Notes under the pieces: model-generated
Database searches by the model: none
The model's input: only the letters and a program-made list of their open reading frames with translations
Told to the model about the DNA's origin: nothing
Assembly: GCA_038226475.1 (NCBI GenBank)
Contig: JBBRQK010000011.1
Location: forward strand, 41,727 to 105,726
Direction of reading: 5' to 3'
From: Caulobacterales bacterium
GTDB taxonomy: Bacteria; Pseudomonadota; Alphaproteobacteria; Caulobacterales; Caulobacteraceae
DNA: 64,000 nucleotides
In this document: piece by piece, positions 52,058-62,270 of the stretch
How the letters are laid out: each line of letters starts with the position of its first letter
Numbering within the stretch: the stretch's first letter is position 1
Translations under genes and position numbers: made by a program

Positions 52058-52081
52058 GGTGATATAGTTAACTACTACACC
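52058..52081. promoter_or_regulatory. YtrA-type GntR operator palindrome
   Basis: GGTG-ATA-TAGTTAACTA-CTA-CACC, a 24-bp AT-rich imperfect palindrome 45 nt before the GntR gene, containing a TATAGT -10-like element. Confidence 0.7.
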
Positions 52082-52126
52082 AGAACGATGAGTCGGCTCT
52101 GACTGGAGTGCGGACGTGGGCGAACG

Positions 52127-52513
52127 ATGGACCTCGAATGGAATGACAGCCAGCCGATCTACCGCCAGCTCCGCGACCGGGTGGTGGCGATGATCCTCGA
52201 CGGCGTTCTCGCGGAAGGCGATCCGCTGCCCTCCGTGCGCGCGGTGGCGGCCGAATATCGGGTCAATCCGCTGACTGTGCTCAAGGGCTATCAGCAGCTG
52301 GCGGACGACAATCTGGTCGAGAAGCGCCGCGGCCTTGGCCTGTTCGTCAATGTCGGCGCGCGCGCGCTACTCCTGCGCGCCGAACGGCAGCGGTTTCTCG
52401 CGGAGCAGTGGCCCGTCATCCACGCCACCATCCAGCGTCTCGGTTTGACGCCCGAGGATTTGCTGCGCGCGGGTGCGACCAAGCCGGCGACCGGGGAGGG
52501 ATCCTCGTCGTGA
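52127..52513 (+). CDS. GntR family regulator, YtrA subfamily
   Basis: QPIYRQL, LPSVR, VNPLTVLKGYQQL, KRRGLGLFV; 128 aa with a short C-terminus. Confidence 0.9.
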   Translation: MDLEWNDSQPIYRQLRDRVVAMILDGVLAEGDPLPSVRAVAAEYRVNPLTVLKGYQQLADDNLVEKRRGLGLFVNVGARALLLRAERQRFLAEQWPVIHATIQRLGLTPEDLLRAGATKPATGEGSSS

Positions 52514-53376
52514 GCTGCATCGAAGCCCGAGGGCTGCGCAAGCGCTTCGGCAAGACCGTGGCCCTGGACGGCGTCGATCTGCGCGTGGAGGACGGCCGCA
52601 TCTTAGGCCTGATCGGGCCCAATGGGGCCGGCAAGAGCACCGCGCTCGGGGCCATCCTCGGCCTCACCTCGTTCGAGGGGGAGCTGAAGGTGCTCGGGCG
52701 CGATCCGTGGACGCAGCGCGACCAGCTGATGCAGGACGTATGCTTCATCGCCGATGTGGCGGTGCTGCCCCGGTGGATGAAGGTCTCCCAGGCGATCGAC
52801 TATGTCGCCGGGGTGCATCCCAGGTTCGATCGCGCCAAGGCCGAAGGCTTCCTGGATCGCACCTCGATCAAGCGGACGAGCAGGATTCGCGAACTATCCA
52901 AGGGCATGGTGACCCAGCTCCACCTCGCCCTGGTCATGGCCATCGACGCTCGACTGCTGGTGCTGGACGAGCCGACCCTCGGCCTCGATCTCCTCTACCG
53001 AAAGCAGTTCTACGACAGCCTGCTGAACGATTATTTCGATCGTACACGCACCATTATCGTCACGACCCACCAGGTCGAGGAGATCGAGCACATACTCACC
53101 GATCTGGTGTTCATCGATCGCGGCCGCATCGTGCTTTCCTCCTCGATGGAAGATCTCGAAAAGCGCTACCTCGAGGTCATGGTCGGCCCCGACCAGCTCG
53201 GCGCCGCGCGCGCGCTTCGGCCGATCCACGAGCGCCAGGTGTTCGGCCGCTCCATTCTGCTGTTCGACGGCCCCGATCATGCCCAGCTCGCCGCGCTAGG
53301 CGAGGTGCGCGCGCCCAACATCGCTGATCTGTTCGTCGCCATCATCGGCGGCCGGGCGGCCGAGCCACGGCCATGA
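52510..53376 (+). CDS. ABC transporter ATP-binding protein (YtrB-like)
   Basis: GTGA overlap; GPNGAGKS, LSKGM, LVLDEPT.GLD, TTHQ. Confidence 0.92.
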   Translation: MSCIEARGLRKRFGKTVALDGVDLRVEDGRILGLIGPNGAGKSTALGAILGLTSFEGELKVLGRDPWTQRDQLMQDVCFIADVAVLPRWMKVSQAIDYVAGVHPRFDRAKAEGFLDRTSIKRTSRIRELSKGMVTQLHLALVMAIDARLLVLDEPTLGLDLLYRKQFYDSLLNDYFDRTRTIIVTTHQVEEIEHILTDLVFIDRGRIVLSSSMEDLEKRYLEVMVGPDQLGAARALRPIHERQVFGRSILLFDGPDHAQLAALGEVRAPNIADLFVAIIGGRAAEPRP

Positions 53377-53516
53377 TCCTGCACCTCAGCCCTAACGCTC
53401 CGCCTCTGGCTCAAGCCGCCGCCGCTTCCGTCCTGGCGCTGCACATCGGCGCGGGCGGGGTGGGTCTCGCATCGGGGGCCGCGAGCCCATCGCCAGCTCG
53501 AGGCATCGCCGCATGA
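53373..53516 (+). pseudogene. 47-codon relic of an internally deleted membrane-protein gene
   Basis: MILHLSPNAPPLAQAAAASVLALHIGAGGVGLASGAASPSPARGIAA; ATGA overlaps at both ends; LHIGAG..GL.SG resembles the first helix of DUF2306-like proteins. Confidence 0.5.
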
Positions 53517-54448
53517 CCGCAGACACCGACATTCTTTCCGATCCGGTCGCCGGGCCGCCCGAGGCTTCGCCGGCGCCCGCCTCTCCGACGCGACCCTTCT
53601 ACTGGTCGGTGCGGCGTGAGCTGTGGGAGAACCGCTCGATCTACATCGCGCCTCTGGCGGTCGCCGGCGTGTTCCTGTTCGGCTTCCTGCTCAGTCGGAT
53701 AGGCTTGGCGCACAGCCGGCACGATTTGGCGGCCTACGATCGGGCGCAGCTCGATCCAGCGGTGGTCCTCCCCTACCATCTGGCCGCCGCGCTCGTCGTC
53801 GTGACCGGGATCGTCGTCGCGGTCGTCTACTGTCTGGGCGCCCTTCATGGCGAGCGCCGCGACCGCAGCATCCTGTTCTGGAAGTCGCTGCCTGTCTCCG
53901 ACCTGACCACGGTGCTGGCCAAGGCCAGCGTCCCGCTGGCGATCCTGCCGGCGGTGGTCTTCGTGATCGTCATCGCCTTGCAGTTCGTCATGCTCTTGCT
54001 GACCACCGCGGTCCTCCTTGCGCACGGCGTGAATGCCTCCAGCGTATGGTTGCAGGTCGCGGCGCCATCACGCTGGCTGGTGCTGATCTACGGCCTGGCG
54101 GTCCTCTCGCTCTGGTACGCTCCGATCTACGCCTGGCTGATCCTGGTGTCGGGCTGGGCCAGGCGGGTGACCTTTCTGTGGGCGGTGCTGCCGCCGCTCG
54201 GGCTGTGCCTCGTCGAAAAGATCGCCTTCGACACCACGGCGTTCGCATCGCTGCTGGGGCGCCGGCTGGGCGGCGCGTTCGCCCAGGCTTTCTCCAATCC
54301 ATCGACGGTGCACGACCCGATGGGCCGTGTCGAGGGGATCGATCCGGCCAAGTTCCTGAGCAGCCTCGATCTTTGGACCGGGCTGGCGGTCGCCGCCGCG
54401 CTCCTCGCCGCCGCGGTGTGGCTGCGCCGGCGCCGCGAGCCGATCTGA
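53513..54448 (+). CDS. ABC-2-type transporter permease
   Basis: WSVRRELWENRS, YCLGALHGERRDRSILFWKSLPVSD..TVLAK, about 6 TM helices. Confidence 0.88.
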   Translation: MTADTDILSDPVAGPPEASPAPASPTRPFYWSVRRELWENRSIYIAPLAVAGVFLFGFLLSRIGLAHSRHDLAAYDRAQLDPAVVLPYHLAAALVVVTGIVVAVVYCLGALHGERRDRSILFWKSLPVSDLTTVLAKASVPLAILPAVVFVIVIALQFVMLLLTTAVLLAHGVNASSVWLQVAAPSRWLVLIYGLAVLSLWYAPIYAWLILVSGWARRVTFLWAVLPPLGLCLVEKIAFDTTAFASLLGRRLGGAFAQAFSNPSTVHDPMGRVEGIDPAKFLSSLDLWTGLAVAAALLAAAVWLRRRREPI

Positions 54449-55275
54449 TGACGACCGCGGCCCTCGGCCATGACCTGGACCTGAAGGGCGCCGCCGACCG
54501 GTCGCTGCAGGCCGCCGCGGCGCTCTGGTACGTGGTGGCGGTCGCCGGGCAGTGGACCTTCGTCTACTATATCGCCTCGTTCTATGTCGGCCCGACGGTG
54601 CGGGGGGAGTTTTCCGCCTGGACGCGCAACACCGACCTGATCAAGGGCTATGTGGCCGGCGATAGTGTGGGCAATCTCTACTTCGCCGCGCACGTCCTCA
54701 TCGCTGCCCTGATCACCACAAGCGGGGCCCTTCAGCTGGTCCCCCAGATCCGCTCGCGCGCCATCGCGTTTCACCGTTGGAACGGCCGGATCTATATCCT
54801 CGCGGCCTTCCTGATGGCGCTCGGCGGCCTGTGGCTGATCTGGGTTCGCGGAACGTGGCTGACCCTGACGGGGGCGGGGGCCAGCACCCTGATGGCCGTC
54901 CTGATCATGACCTTCGCGGCCCTGACCCTGCGCTCCGCCATGACACGCCGGATCGCCCAGCATCATCGCTGGGCCTTGCGTACATTCGTCGTCGTCGGCG
55001 GGGTGTGGTTTCAGCGCCTGGGCTACATGGCCTGGACGATCCTCAACCGCGGTCCGGTCGGCCTCGGCAAGCATATGGACGGACCGTTCGACATCGTCTG
55101 GGGTTTCGGCTGCTTTCTGCTGCCGCTCGCGGCGCTGGAGATCTACCTGCGGGTCAAGGCCAGCGCTGGCGCTCCCGCGAGGTTCGCCATGTCGGCGGCG
55201 CTCGTCGTTCTCACCGCAGTTATGGCCGTGGGGATCGGCGGGGCCTATCTGTTCATGTGGCGACCGCTTCTCTAG
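54448..55275 (+). CDS. DUF2306-like integral membrane protein
   Basis: TGATG overlap; His motifs AHVL, FHRWNGRIY, HHRWALR; 6-7 TM helices. Confidence 0.8.
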   Translation: MTTAALGHDLDLKGAADRSLQAAAALWYVVAVAGQWTFVYYIASFYVGPTVRGEFSAWTRNTDLIKGYVAGDSVGNLYFAAHVLIAALITTSGALQLVPQIRSRAIAFHRWNGRIYILAAFLMALGGLWLIWVRGTWLTLTGAGASTLMAVLIMTFAALTLRSAMTRRIAQHHRWALRTFVVVGGVWFQRLGYMAWTILNRGPVGLGKHMDGPFDIVWGFGCFLLPLAALEIYLRVKASAGAPARFAMSAALVVLTAVMAVGIGGAYLFMWRPLL

Positions 55276-55338
55276 CAAGGCCCTGCTCGGGGTAGCGCGG
55301 CCTTGATGGAGGGGGTGGAAGGCGCTATCGCCCCCGCC

Positions 55339-55464
55339 GTGGCCGACCAACCCGAAAGCCCGGTGCTGCAACCCCTCCGGCGTCCGCATGCGACACTCGA
55401 TCGCGTGGAACAACCGCTCGATCGTAACGCGAAGCGCTTCGCCCGCGTCGAACAGGGCGCCTGA
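55339..55464 (+). pseudogene. Short ORF, possibly a decayed small coiled-coil gene, before nuoG
   Basis: MADQPESPVLQPLRRPHATLDRVEQPLDRNAKRFARVEQGA; LDR repeats interrupted by prolines; ends 8 nt before nuoG. Confidence 0.3.
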
Positions 55465-55472
55465 GCCGGTTT

Positions 55473-57530
55473 ATGCCCAAAGCGAAGGTCAACGGCGTCG
55501 AGATCGAGTTCGAAAGCGGCATGACCGTGCTGCAGGTGGCGGAGCTCGCCGGCGAGGAGATTCCGCGATTCTGCTATCATGAGCGGCTCTCGATCGCCGG
55601 CAACTGCCGCATGTGCCTGGTGGAGGTGAAGCCCGGCCCGCCGAAGCCGCAGGCCTCCTGCGCCCTGCCGGCCGCCGAGGGCCAGGAGATCATCACCAAT
55701 TCGGCCATGGTCGAGAAGGCGCGCAAAGGGGTGATGGAGTTCCTGCTGATCAACCACCCGCTCGATTGCCCGATCTGCGACCAGGGCGGCGAGTGCGATC
55801 TGCAGGACCAGTCGATGGGCTATGGCCGCGACGCCACGCGCTACGAGGAGAACAAGCGCGCCGTCGAAGAGAAATACATGGGCCCGCTGATCAAGACGGT
55901 GATGACCCGCTGCATCCAGTGCACCCGCTGCGTGCGCTTCATAACCGAGGTGGCCGGCATCTCCGAGATCGGCCTGATCTCGCGCGGCGAGGACGTGGAG
56001 ATCACCACCTATCTCGACCAGGCGGTGACCAGCGAACTGTCGGCCAACGTGATCGATCTCTGCCCCGTCGGCGCCCTGACCTCCAAGCCTTACGCTTTCA
56101 ACGCCCGGCCGTGGGAGCTGACCAAGACCCAGAGTGTCGATGTCATGGACGCGCTCGGCAGCGCTATCCGCGTCGACGCGCGCGGGCCGGCGGTGCTGCG
56201 CGTCCTGCCCCGCACCCGCGACGACATTAACGAGGAATGGATCTCCGACAAGACGCGCTACGCCTGCGACGGCCTCGCCCGCCAACGTCTCGACCGGCCG
56301 ATGATCCGCGAGGCGGGGCGCCTGCGCCCGGCCAGTTGGACCGAGGCTTTCCAGGCCGTCGCCGCGCGGATCAAGGCGACGACGCCCGGTCGCATCGGCG
56401 TCATCGCCGGCGATCTGCAGGACGCCGAATCGATGAAGGCGGCGCTCGACCTGTTCGGCGGCCTGGGCGTGACCAGCCTCGATTGCCGGCAGGACGGCGC
56501 CGCGCTGGGCGCCGGCCCGCGCGAAAGCTGGCTGTTCAACTCGACCCTGGCCGGGATCGAGGCGGCGGACGCCATCCTCCTGATCGGAACCAACCCGCGT
56601 CGCGAGGCGGCGGTGCTGAACGCCCGTCTGCGCAAGCTGTGGCTGGCCGGCAAGACCGGGTTCGGCGTGATCGGTCAAGGCGCCGACCTCGGCTACAGCT
56701 TCGAAGCGCTGGGCGCCGGCGGAGCGGCCTTGACGGAGCTTACGCAGTCCGGCGGCGAATTCGCAGCGGCCTTGAAATCGGCCGCGCGCCCGGCCTTCAT
56801 TGTCGGCCAGGGCGCCCTGGCGCGGCCGGACGGCCCGGCGGTCCTGGCGGCGGCGGCACGGGCGGCGGCGCACTTTGGCGTCGTTCGCGAGGGGTGGAAC
56901 GGCTGGAACGTGCTGCACACCGCCGCCGCGCGGGTGGGGGGCCTCGACCTCGGCTTCCTGCCTCGGGAAGACGGCAAGACAGCCGCCCAGATGATCGCGC
57001 CAGGCGCGCTGGATGTCGCCGTGCTGTTGGGCGCCGATGAGCTCGACCTCAGCCGCACGGATGCCTTCGTGGTCTATCTTGGAACGCATGGCGACATCGG
57101 CGCGCAACGCGCCGACGTGATCCTCCCGGGGGCCGCCTATACGGAGAAGGACGGTCTCTACGTCAACATGGAAGGCCGGGTGCAGCGCGGCGAGCGGGCT
57201 GTCTACCCCAAGGGTGAGGCCAGGGAGGATTGGGCCATCCTGCGCGCCCTTTCAGACTACCTGGGCGCCACCTTGCCGTACGACACCCTGGACAAGCTTC
57301 GCAGCCGGCTATTCGCCGAGCACCCCACGTTCGGCCAGATCGATTTCGCGCCGGGCTCGATCCCCGCCGCCTTCGACCTCGCCGGCCTGGGCGAGGCTGG
57401 AGAGATCTCCGACGTCCCGCTGGCAAGCCCGATCGAGGTGTTCCACCTCACCAATCCGATCGCGCGGGCGAGCGTGACCATGGCCCGGTGCGCCGCCCTG
57501 GCCTCCGGCCTGAAGATCGCGGCGGAGTAG
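55473..57530 (+). CDS. nuoG: NADH-quinone oxidoreductase subunit G
   Basis: IPRFCYHERLSIAGNCRMC, NHPLDCPICDQGGECDLQ, RCIQCTRCVRF, CPVGAL. Confidence 0.98.
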   Translation: MPKAKVNGVEIEFESGMTVLQVAELAGEEIPRFCYHERLSIAGNCRMCLVEVKPGPPKPQASCALPAAEGQEIITNSAMVEKARKGVMEFLLINHPLDCPICDQGGECDLQDQSMGYGRDATRYEENKRAVEEKYMGPLIKTVMTRCIQCTRCVRFITEVAGISEIGLISRGEDVEITTYLDQAVTSELSANVIDLCPVGALTSKPYAFNARPWELTKTQSVDVMDALGSAIRVDARGPAVLRVLPRTRDDINEEWISDKTRYACDGLARQRLDRPMIREAGRLRPASWTEAFQAVAARIKATTPGRIGVIAGDLQDAESMKAALDLFGGLGVTSLDCRQDGAALGAGPRESWLFNSTLAGIEAADAILLIGTNPRREAAVLNARLRKLWLAGKTGFGVIGQGADLGYSFEALGAGGAALTELTQSGGEFAAALKSAARPAFIVGQGALARPDGPAVLAAAARAAAHFGVVREGWNGWNVLHTAAARVGGLDLGFLPREDGKTAAQMIAPGALDVAVLLGADELDLSRTDAFVVYLGTHGDIGAQRADVILPGAAYTEKDGLYVNMEGRVQRGERAVYPKGEAREDWAILRALSDYLGATLPYDTLDKLRSRLFAEHPTFGQIDFAPGSIPAAFDLAGLGEAGEISDVPLASPIEVFHLTNPIARASVTMARCAALASGLKIAAE

Positions 57531-57533
57531 GCG

Positions 57534-58610
57534 ATGGCCGCGCCGGGATTCTGGGGGAGCTCGACGGGCTGGACCGTGCTGACGGTGCTTCAGATCCTCG
57601 CCGTTCTGATATGGATCCTGCTCTCCCTCGCCTTCCTGCTGCTGGCGGACCGCAAGATCTGGGCCGGGGTGCAGATGCGCAAAGGGCCCAATGTGGTAGG
57701 GCCTTTCGGCCTGCTGCAGTCGTTCGCCGATTTCGGCAAGTTCATCCTCAAGGAGATCGTGGTGCCCGCGGGCGCCGACAAGGTGGTGTTTCTGCTCGCG
57801 CCCGTGGTCAGCTTCACCCTCGCCTTCGGCGCCTGGGCGGTTATGCCCCTGGCCCCCGGCTGGGTGGTGTCCAACATCAACGTCGGTGTGCTTTACCTGT
57901 TCGCGATCTCGTCCCTGGGGGTCTACGGCATCATCATGGGCGGCTGGGCGTCCAATTCCAAATATCCGTTCCTGGGCAGTCTGCGCTCGGCCGCGCAGAT
58001 GGTGAGTTACGAGGTCTCGATCGGCTTTGTAATCATCACCGTGATCCTGCTCTCGGGCGCGCTCAACCTGCAGACCATCGTCGAGAAGCAGGCCGGCGGC
58101 TTCTGGAACTGGAACGTTCTGGGCGGCGGCGGCTGGAAGGGCCTGCCGATGGCGCTGGTGATGATCCCTATGGCGGTGATCTTTTTCATTTCGGCGCTCG
58201 CCGAGACCAATCGACCGCCGTTCGATCTGCCCGAGGCAGAGTCCGAACTCGTCGCCGGCTACCAGGTGGAGTATTCATCCACGCCCTACCTGCTGTTCAT
58301 GATCGGCGAATACGCGAACATCGTTCTGATGTGCGGCCTGATTAGCGTGCTCTTCTTCGGCGGCTGGCAGGCGCCGTTTCCGACCCCGTTCACCGCCTCC
58401 TGGAGCCCGACCGCAGCCAGCTTCTTTGGCTTTCTGTGGTTCTTTTCCAAGACGATCTTCTTCTTCTTCCTGGTCGCCATGGCCAAGGCGATCGTGCCGC
58501 GCTACCGCTACGACCAGTTGATGCGCCTGGGCTGGAAGGTCTTTCTGCCGACTTCGATCGTGGCGGTGATGCTCGTCAGCGCCTATCGCCTCTTTGGTCC
58601 GGCGGCATGA
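57534..58610 (+). CDS. nuoH: NADH-quinone oxidoreductase subunit H
   Basis: [45 protein letters not shown]. Confidence 0.98.
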   Translation: MAAPGFWGSSTGWTVLTVLQILAVLIWILLSLAFLLLADRKIWAGVQMRKGPNVVGPFGLLQSFADFGKFILKEIVVPAGADKVVFLLAPVVSFTLAFGAWAVMPLAPGWVVSNINVGVLYLFAISSLGVYGIIMGGWASNSKYPFLGSLRSAAQMVSYEVSIGFVIITVILLSGALNLQTIVEKQAGGFWNWNVLGGGGWKGLPMALVMIPMAVIFFISALAETNRPPFDLPEAESELVAGYQVEYSSTPYLLFMIGEYANIVLMCGLISVLFFGGWQAPFPTPFTASWSPTAASFFGFLWFFSKTIFFFFLVAMAKAIVPRYRYDQLMRLGWKVFLPTSIVAVMLVSAYRLFGPAA

Positions 58611-58825
58611 GGCGCCTGATCGCGATGGGCGTCCTTGCGTCGCTCTGCGGCTGCGTGACCGGGGCGCAGCCGTCCTACGGCCTCGACCGCGGGGTGGCCA
58701 GCTACGACGCCCTCAAGGCGGTGAGCGAAACGTGCAAGACCCAGGGCGGCGCGATCCGTCTTCGCCCCGGCTACGACAGCCGCGAGCTTTCCAGCTACGA
58801 GTGTAAGATCGGCGGGACGCACTGA
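58607..58825 (+). CDS. Small predicted lipoprotein (72 aa) between nuoH and nuoI
   Basis: [16 protein letters not shown] lipobox; ATGA overlap with nuoH; stop 1 nt before nuoI; two further Cys. Confidence 0.7.
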   Translation: MRRLIAMGVLASLCGCVTGAQPSYGLDRGVASYDALKAVSETCKTQGGAIRLRPGYDSRELSSYECKIGGTH

Positions 58826-58826
58826 C

Positions 58827-59324
58827 ATGGCCATGTTCGAGCGTATCGGCCAGGCGGTAAAGGGCGCGGCCCTGATGGACTTCGTCGGCGCCTTTGGCCT
58901 GGCGATCAAATATATGGTCCGGCCCAAGGCCACCGTACTCTATCCCAACGAGCGTGGACCGCGCTCGCCCCGTTTCCGGGGCGAACATGCCCTGCGCCGC
59001 TATCCCAATGGCGAGGAACGCTGCATCGCCTGCAAGCTCTGCGAGGCCATCTGCCCCGCTCAGGCGATCACCATCGAGGCCGAAGCGCGCGACGACGGCT
59101 CCAGGCGCACCACGCGCTACGACATAGACATGGTCAAATGCATCTATTGCGGCCTGTGCCAGGAAGCCTGTCCGGTGGACGCCATCGTCGAGGGGCCGAA
59201 CGTCGAGTTCGCCGTCGAGACCCGCGAGGAGCTCTACTTCGACAAGACCCGGCTGCTGGCCAACGGCGATCGTTGGGAGCGAGAGATTGCCCATAACCTG
59301 GAACTCGACGCGCCCTACCGCTGA
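58827..59324 (+). CDS. nuoI: NADH-quinone oxidoreductase subunit I
   Basis: [12 protein letters not shown] and [12 protein letters not shown]. Confidence 0.98.
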   Translation: MAMFERIGQAVKGAALMDFVGAFGLAIKYMVRPKATVLYPNERGPRSPRFRGEHALRRYPNGEERCIACKLCEAICPAQAITIEAEARDDGSRRTTRYDIDMVKCIYCGLCQEACPVDAIVEGPNVEFAVETREELYFDKTRLLANGDRWEREIAHNLELDAPYR

Positions 59325-59331
59325 CGCCGCC

Positions 59332-59949
59332 ATGATCCTGCAGTCCATCACCTTCTACATCCTCGCCGCCGTCACCCTGGGCGGTGGACTGGCGGTCATT
59401 TCGTCGCGCAATCCGGTGCACTCGGTCCTCTTTCTGATCACCACCTTCTTCTCCGCCGCCGGCCTGTTCGTGCTGCTCGGGGCCGAGTTCCTGGCGATGA
59501 TCCTGGTGGTGGTCTACGTCGGCGCCGTCGCGGTGCTGTTCCTGTTCGTGGTGATGATGCTGGACGTCGACTTCGCCGCCCTGCGCCAGGGATTTGCCCG
59601 CTATCTGCCCATCGGCGGCATGATCGCCGGCCTGCTGACGGCCGAGATGGTGTTCGTGGCCTGGAGCGTCGCCAGCCACGGCGCCGCCGCCGGCTCGACC
59701 GGGCCCAGGCGCTCGACCGGAGACGTGACCAACATCGAGACCATCGGCCGGGCGCTTTACACCGACTATGTCTATGTTTTCCAGGCCGCCGGGCTGGTGC
59801 TGCTGGTGGCCATGATCGGGGCCATCGTGCTCACGCTCAAGCACCGCGTCGGGGTCAAGCGCCAGAACGTCGCCGCCCAGGTGGCTCGCACCCCGGCCAG
59901 CGGCATGCGCATTGTCTCCATTGTCCCGGGCGAAGGGATCGACGCGTGA
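59332..59949 (+). CDS. nuoJ: NADH-quinone oxidoreductase subunit J
   Basis: [37 protein letters not shown]. Confidence 0.97.
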   Translation: MILQSITFYILAAVTLGGGLAVISSRNPVHSVLFLITTFFSAAGLFVLLGAEFLAMILVVVYVGAVAVLFLFVVMMLDVDFAALRQGFARYLPIGGMIAGLLTAEMVFVAWSVASHGAAAGSTGPRRSTGDVTNIETIGRALYTDYVYVFQAAGLVLLVAMIGAIVLTLKHRVGVKRQNVAAQVARTPASGMRIVSIVPGEGIDA

Positions 59950-60254
59950 CCGTCGGCCTGTTTCACTATCTCGCCGTCGCCGCGATCCTGTTCACCATCG
60001 GCGTGCTGGGCATTTTCGTGAACCGCAAGAACGTGATCGTTATCCTGATGAGCGTGGAGCTCATCCTGCTGGCGGTGAACATCAACCTCGTCAGCTTTTC
60101 GGTCTACCTGCACGATGTCATCGGCCAGATCTTCGCCATGTTCGTGCTGACCGTGGCGGCCGCCGAAGCGGCCGTCGGCCTCGCCATCCTCGTCACCTTC
60201 TTCCGCAACCGCGGCGACATCGCCGTCGACGATGCCTCGATGATGCGGGGCTGA
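59946..60254 (+). CDS. nuoK: NADH-quinone oxidoreductase subunit K
   Basis: [24 protein letters not shown]. Confidence 0.97.
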   Translation: MTVGLFHYLAVAAILFTIGVLGIFVNRKNVIVILMSVELILLAVNINLVSFSVYLHDVIGQIFAMFVLTVAAAEAAVGLAILVTFFRNRGDIAVDDASMMRG

Positions 60255-60258
60255 GGGA

Positions 60259-62268
60259 GTGACGCTCCCCGCTCTGGTGGTCGTCCTGTTGGTGTTCTCC
60301 CCCTTGCTGGGCGCGTCCGTCGCCGGCTTACTCGGCCGCCGCATCGGCGATACGGCCTCTATGGCCGTGACCACCGGCCTGCTCCTTTTTTCCTGCGCCC
60401 TGGGCTGGCTGACATTCGCCCAGGTGATCTGGGGCGGCTGGCCGGCGCACTTCACCGTCTTTCTGGCGCCGTTCATCGATGTCGGGGCCTTCCGTTCCAC
60501 CTGGTCGGTGCGGATCGATACGCTTTCGGCGGTGATGCTGGTGGTGGTGACGACGGTCTCCGCCCTCGTCCACCTCTACAGCTGGGGCTACATGGAGGAC
60601 GACGACGCCAGGCCTCGCTTCTTCGCCTATTTGTCCCTCTTCACCTTCGCGATGCTGGCGCTGGTCACCGCCGCCGACTTCATGCAGCTGTTCTTCGGCT
60701 GGGAAGGGGTGGGGCTGGCGAGTTATCTGCTGATCGGCTTCTGGTACAAAAAGCCGACCGCCAACGCCGCGGCGATCAAGGCGTTCGTGGTCAACCGGGT
60801 CGGCGATTTCGGCTTCGCCCTCGGCATCATGACCGTGTTCTGGGCGTTCGGCACGATCCGGTTCGCCGAGATTTTTCCTCTGGTCGCCGGGCATGCACAC
60901 TTGGCCTGGCGCTTCGCCGGCCATTCCTGGCCGCTGCTCAATCTCGCCTGCGTCCTGCTATTCATCGGCGCCATGGGCAAGTCGGCGCAGTTCCTGCTGC
61001 ACACCTGGCTGCCGGACGCGATGGAAGGCCCCACCCCCGTGTCGGCCCTGATCCACGCCGCCACAATGGTCACCGCCGGGGTCTATATGGTCTGCCTGCT
61101 GTCGCCCATGTTCGCCCACGCGCCGGCGGCGCGGCAGGTGGTGACCGTGGTGGGCGCCGTGACGGCCCTGTTCGCCGCCACGGTCGGGCTGGCTCAGAAC
61201 GATATCAAGCGGGTGATCGCCTATTCCACCTGCTCGCAGCTCGGCTACATGTTCTTCGCCGCCGGTGTCGGCGCCTATCCAGCGGCGATGTTCCACCTCT
61301 TCACCCACGCCTTCTTCAAGGCGCTGCTGTTTCTGGGGGCGGGCGCGGTCATCCACGCCATGCACCACGAGCAGGACATGCGGAAGATGGGGGGGCTGTG
61401 GAAGGCGATCCCGATCACCTATGCGGTGATGCTGATCGGCACCCTGTCGATCACGGGGGTCGGCATACCCGGCCTCGATCTGGGTTTCTCGGGCTTCTAC
61501 TCGAAGGATGCGATCATCAACGCCGCCTATCTGGCCGGACGCGCCGATGGTGTTTCCTATTTCGCCTTCATCGCCGGCCTCATCGCGGCGGGCCTGACCT
61601 CGTTCTACTCCTGGCGCCTGATCTTCATGACCTTCCATGGTCACGCCAAATGGGCCGATGGCTACGCCGCGGACGGCCATGGCGAGGGGCACGGCGATGG
61701 GCATGGCCACGCGGTCGAGCCGCACGAGGCGGCGTGGTCCATGCGAGCGCCGCTCTTGATCCTGGCCCTCGGGGCTGTCGCCGCCGGCGGCGTTTTCGTC
61801 GAGCTCTTCATCGGGCCTGACCAGGCCGCGTTCTGGCGCGGAGCGTTGCTGACTTCGACGGGCGTCCCTGTCCCGGCCTTGCCGCCGCTGGTGGTCTGGG
61901 GACCCTTGATCGTCACGGCGCTGGGCGGGCTGAGCGCCTGGTACGCCTATGTGCCGCGCGAGGGGTTTGGCGCGCGGATCGCCGCCCGCAAGGGCCTAGT
62001 CTGGAGCTTTTTCTACCACAAATGGTTCTTCGACAAACTCTATGAAGCGACCTTCGTGCGCGGCGCCAAGGCGCTGGGCGACCTCTTCTGGAAGGGTGGC
62101 GACAAGGCCCTGATCGACGGGCTTGGCCCCGATGGCGTTTCCGCCGCCTCCTATGCGCTCGGGCGGGCGACCGGCCGGCTGCAGACCGGCTATGTCTATC
62201 ACTACGCCTTCGTCATGTTGATCGGGATCGCCGGCCTGCTCTCCTACGCTCTGTGGGCTTTCTCCTAG
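60259..62268 (+). CDS. nuoL: NADH-quinone oxidoreductase subunit L
   Basis: [47 protein letters not shown]. Confidence 0.98.
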   Translation: MTLPALVVVLLVFSPLLGASVAGLLGRRIGDTASMAVTTGLLLFSCALGWLTFAQVIWGGWPAHFTVFLAPFIDVGAFRSTWSVRIDTLSAVMLVVVTTVSALVHLYSWGYMEDDDARPRFFAYLSLFTFAMLALVTAADFMQLFFGWEGVGLASYLLIGFWYKKPTANAAAIKAFVVNRVGDFGFALGIMTVFWAFGTIRFAEIFPLVAGHAHLAWRFAGHSWPLLNLACVLLFIGAMGKSAQFLLHTWLPDAMEGPTPVSALIHAATMVTAGVYMVCLLSPMFAHAPAARQVVTVVGAVTALFAATVGLAQNDIKRVIAYSTCSQLGYMFFAAGVGAYPAAMFHLFTHAFFKALLFLGAGAVIHAMHHEQDMRKMGGLWKAIPITYAVMLIGTLSITGVGIPGLDLGFSGFYSKDAIINAAYLAGRADGVSYFAFIAGLIAAGLTSFYSWRLIFMTFHGHAKWADGYAADGHGEGHGDGHGHAVEPHEAAWSMRAPLLILALGAVAAGGVFVELFIGPDQAAFWRGALLTSTGVPVPALPPLVVWGPLIVTALGGLSAWYAYVPREGFGARIAARKGLVWSFFYHKWFFDKLYEATFVRGAKALGDLFWKGGDKALIDGLGPDGVSAASYALGRATGRLQTGYVYHYAFVMLIGIAGLLSYALWAFS

Positions 62269-62270
62269 CA

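Noticed and set aside
61660-61730. His/Gly repeat in NuoL ([13 protein letters not shown])
   Set aside because: His-rich loops at this position are common in alphaproteobacterial NuoL.
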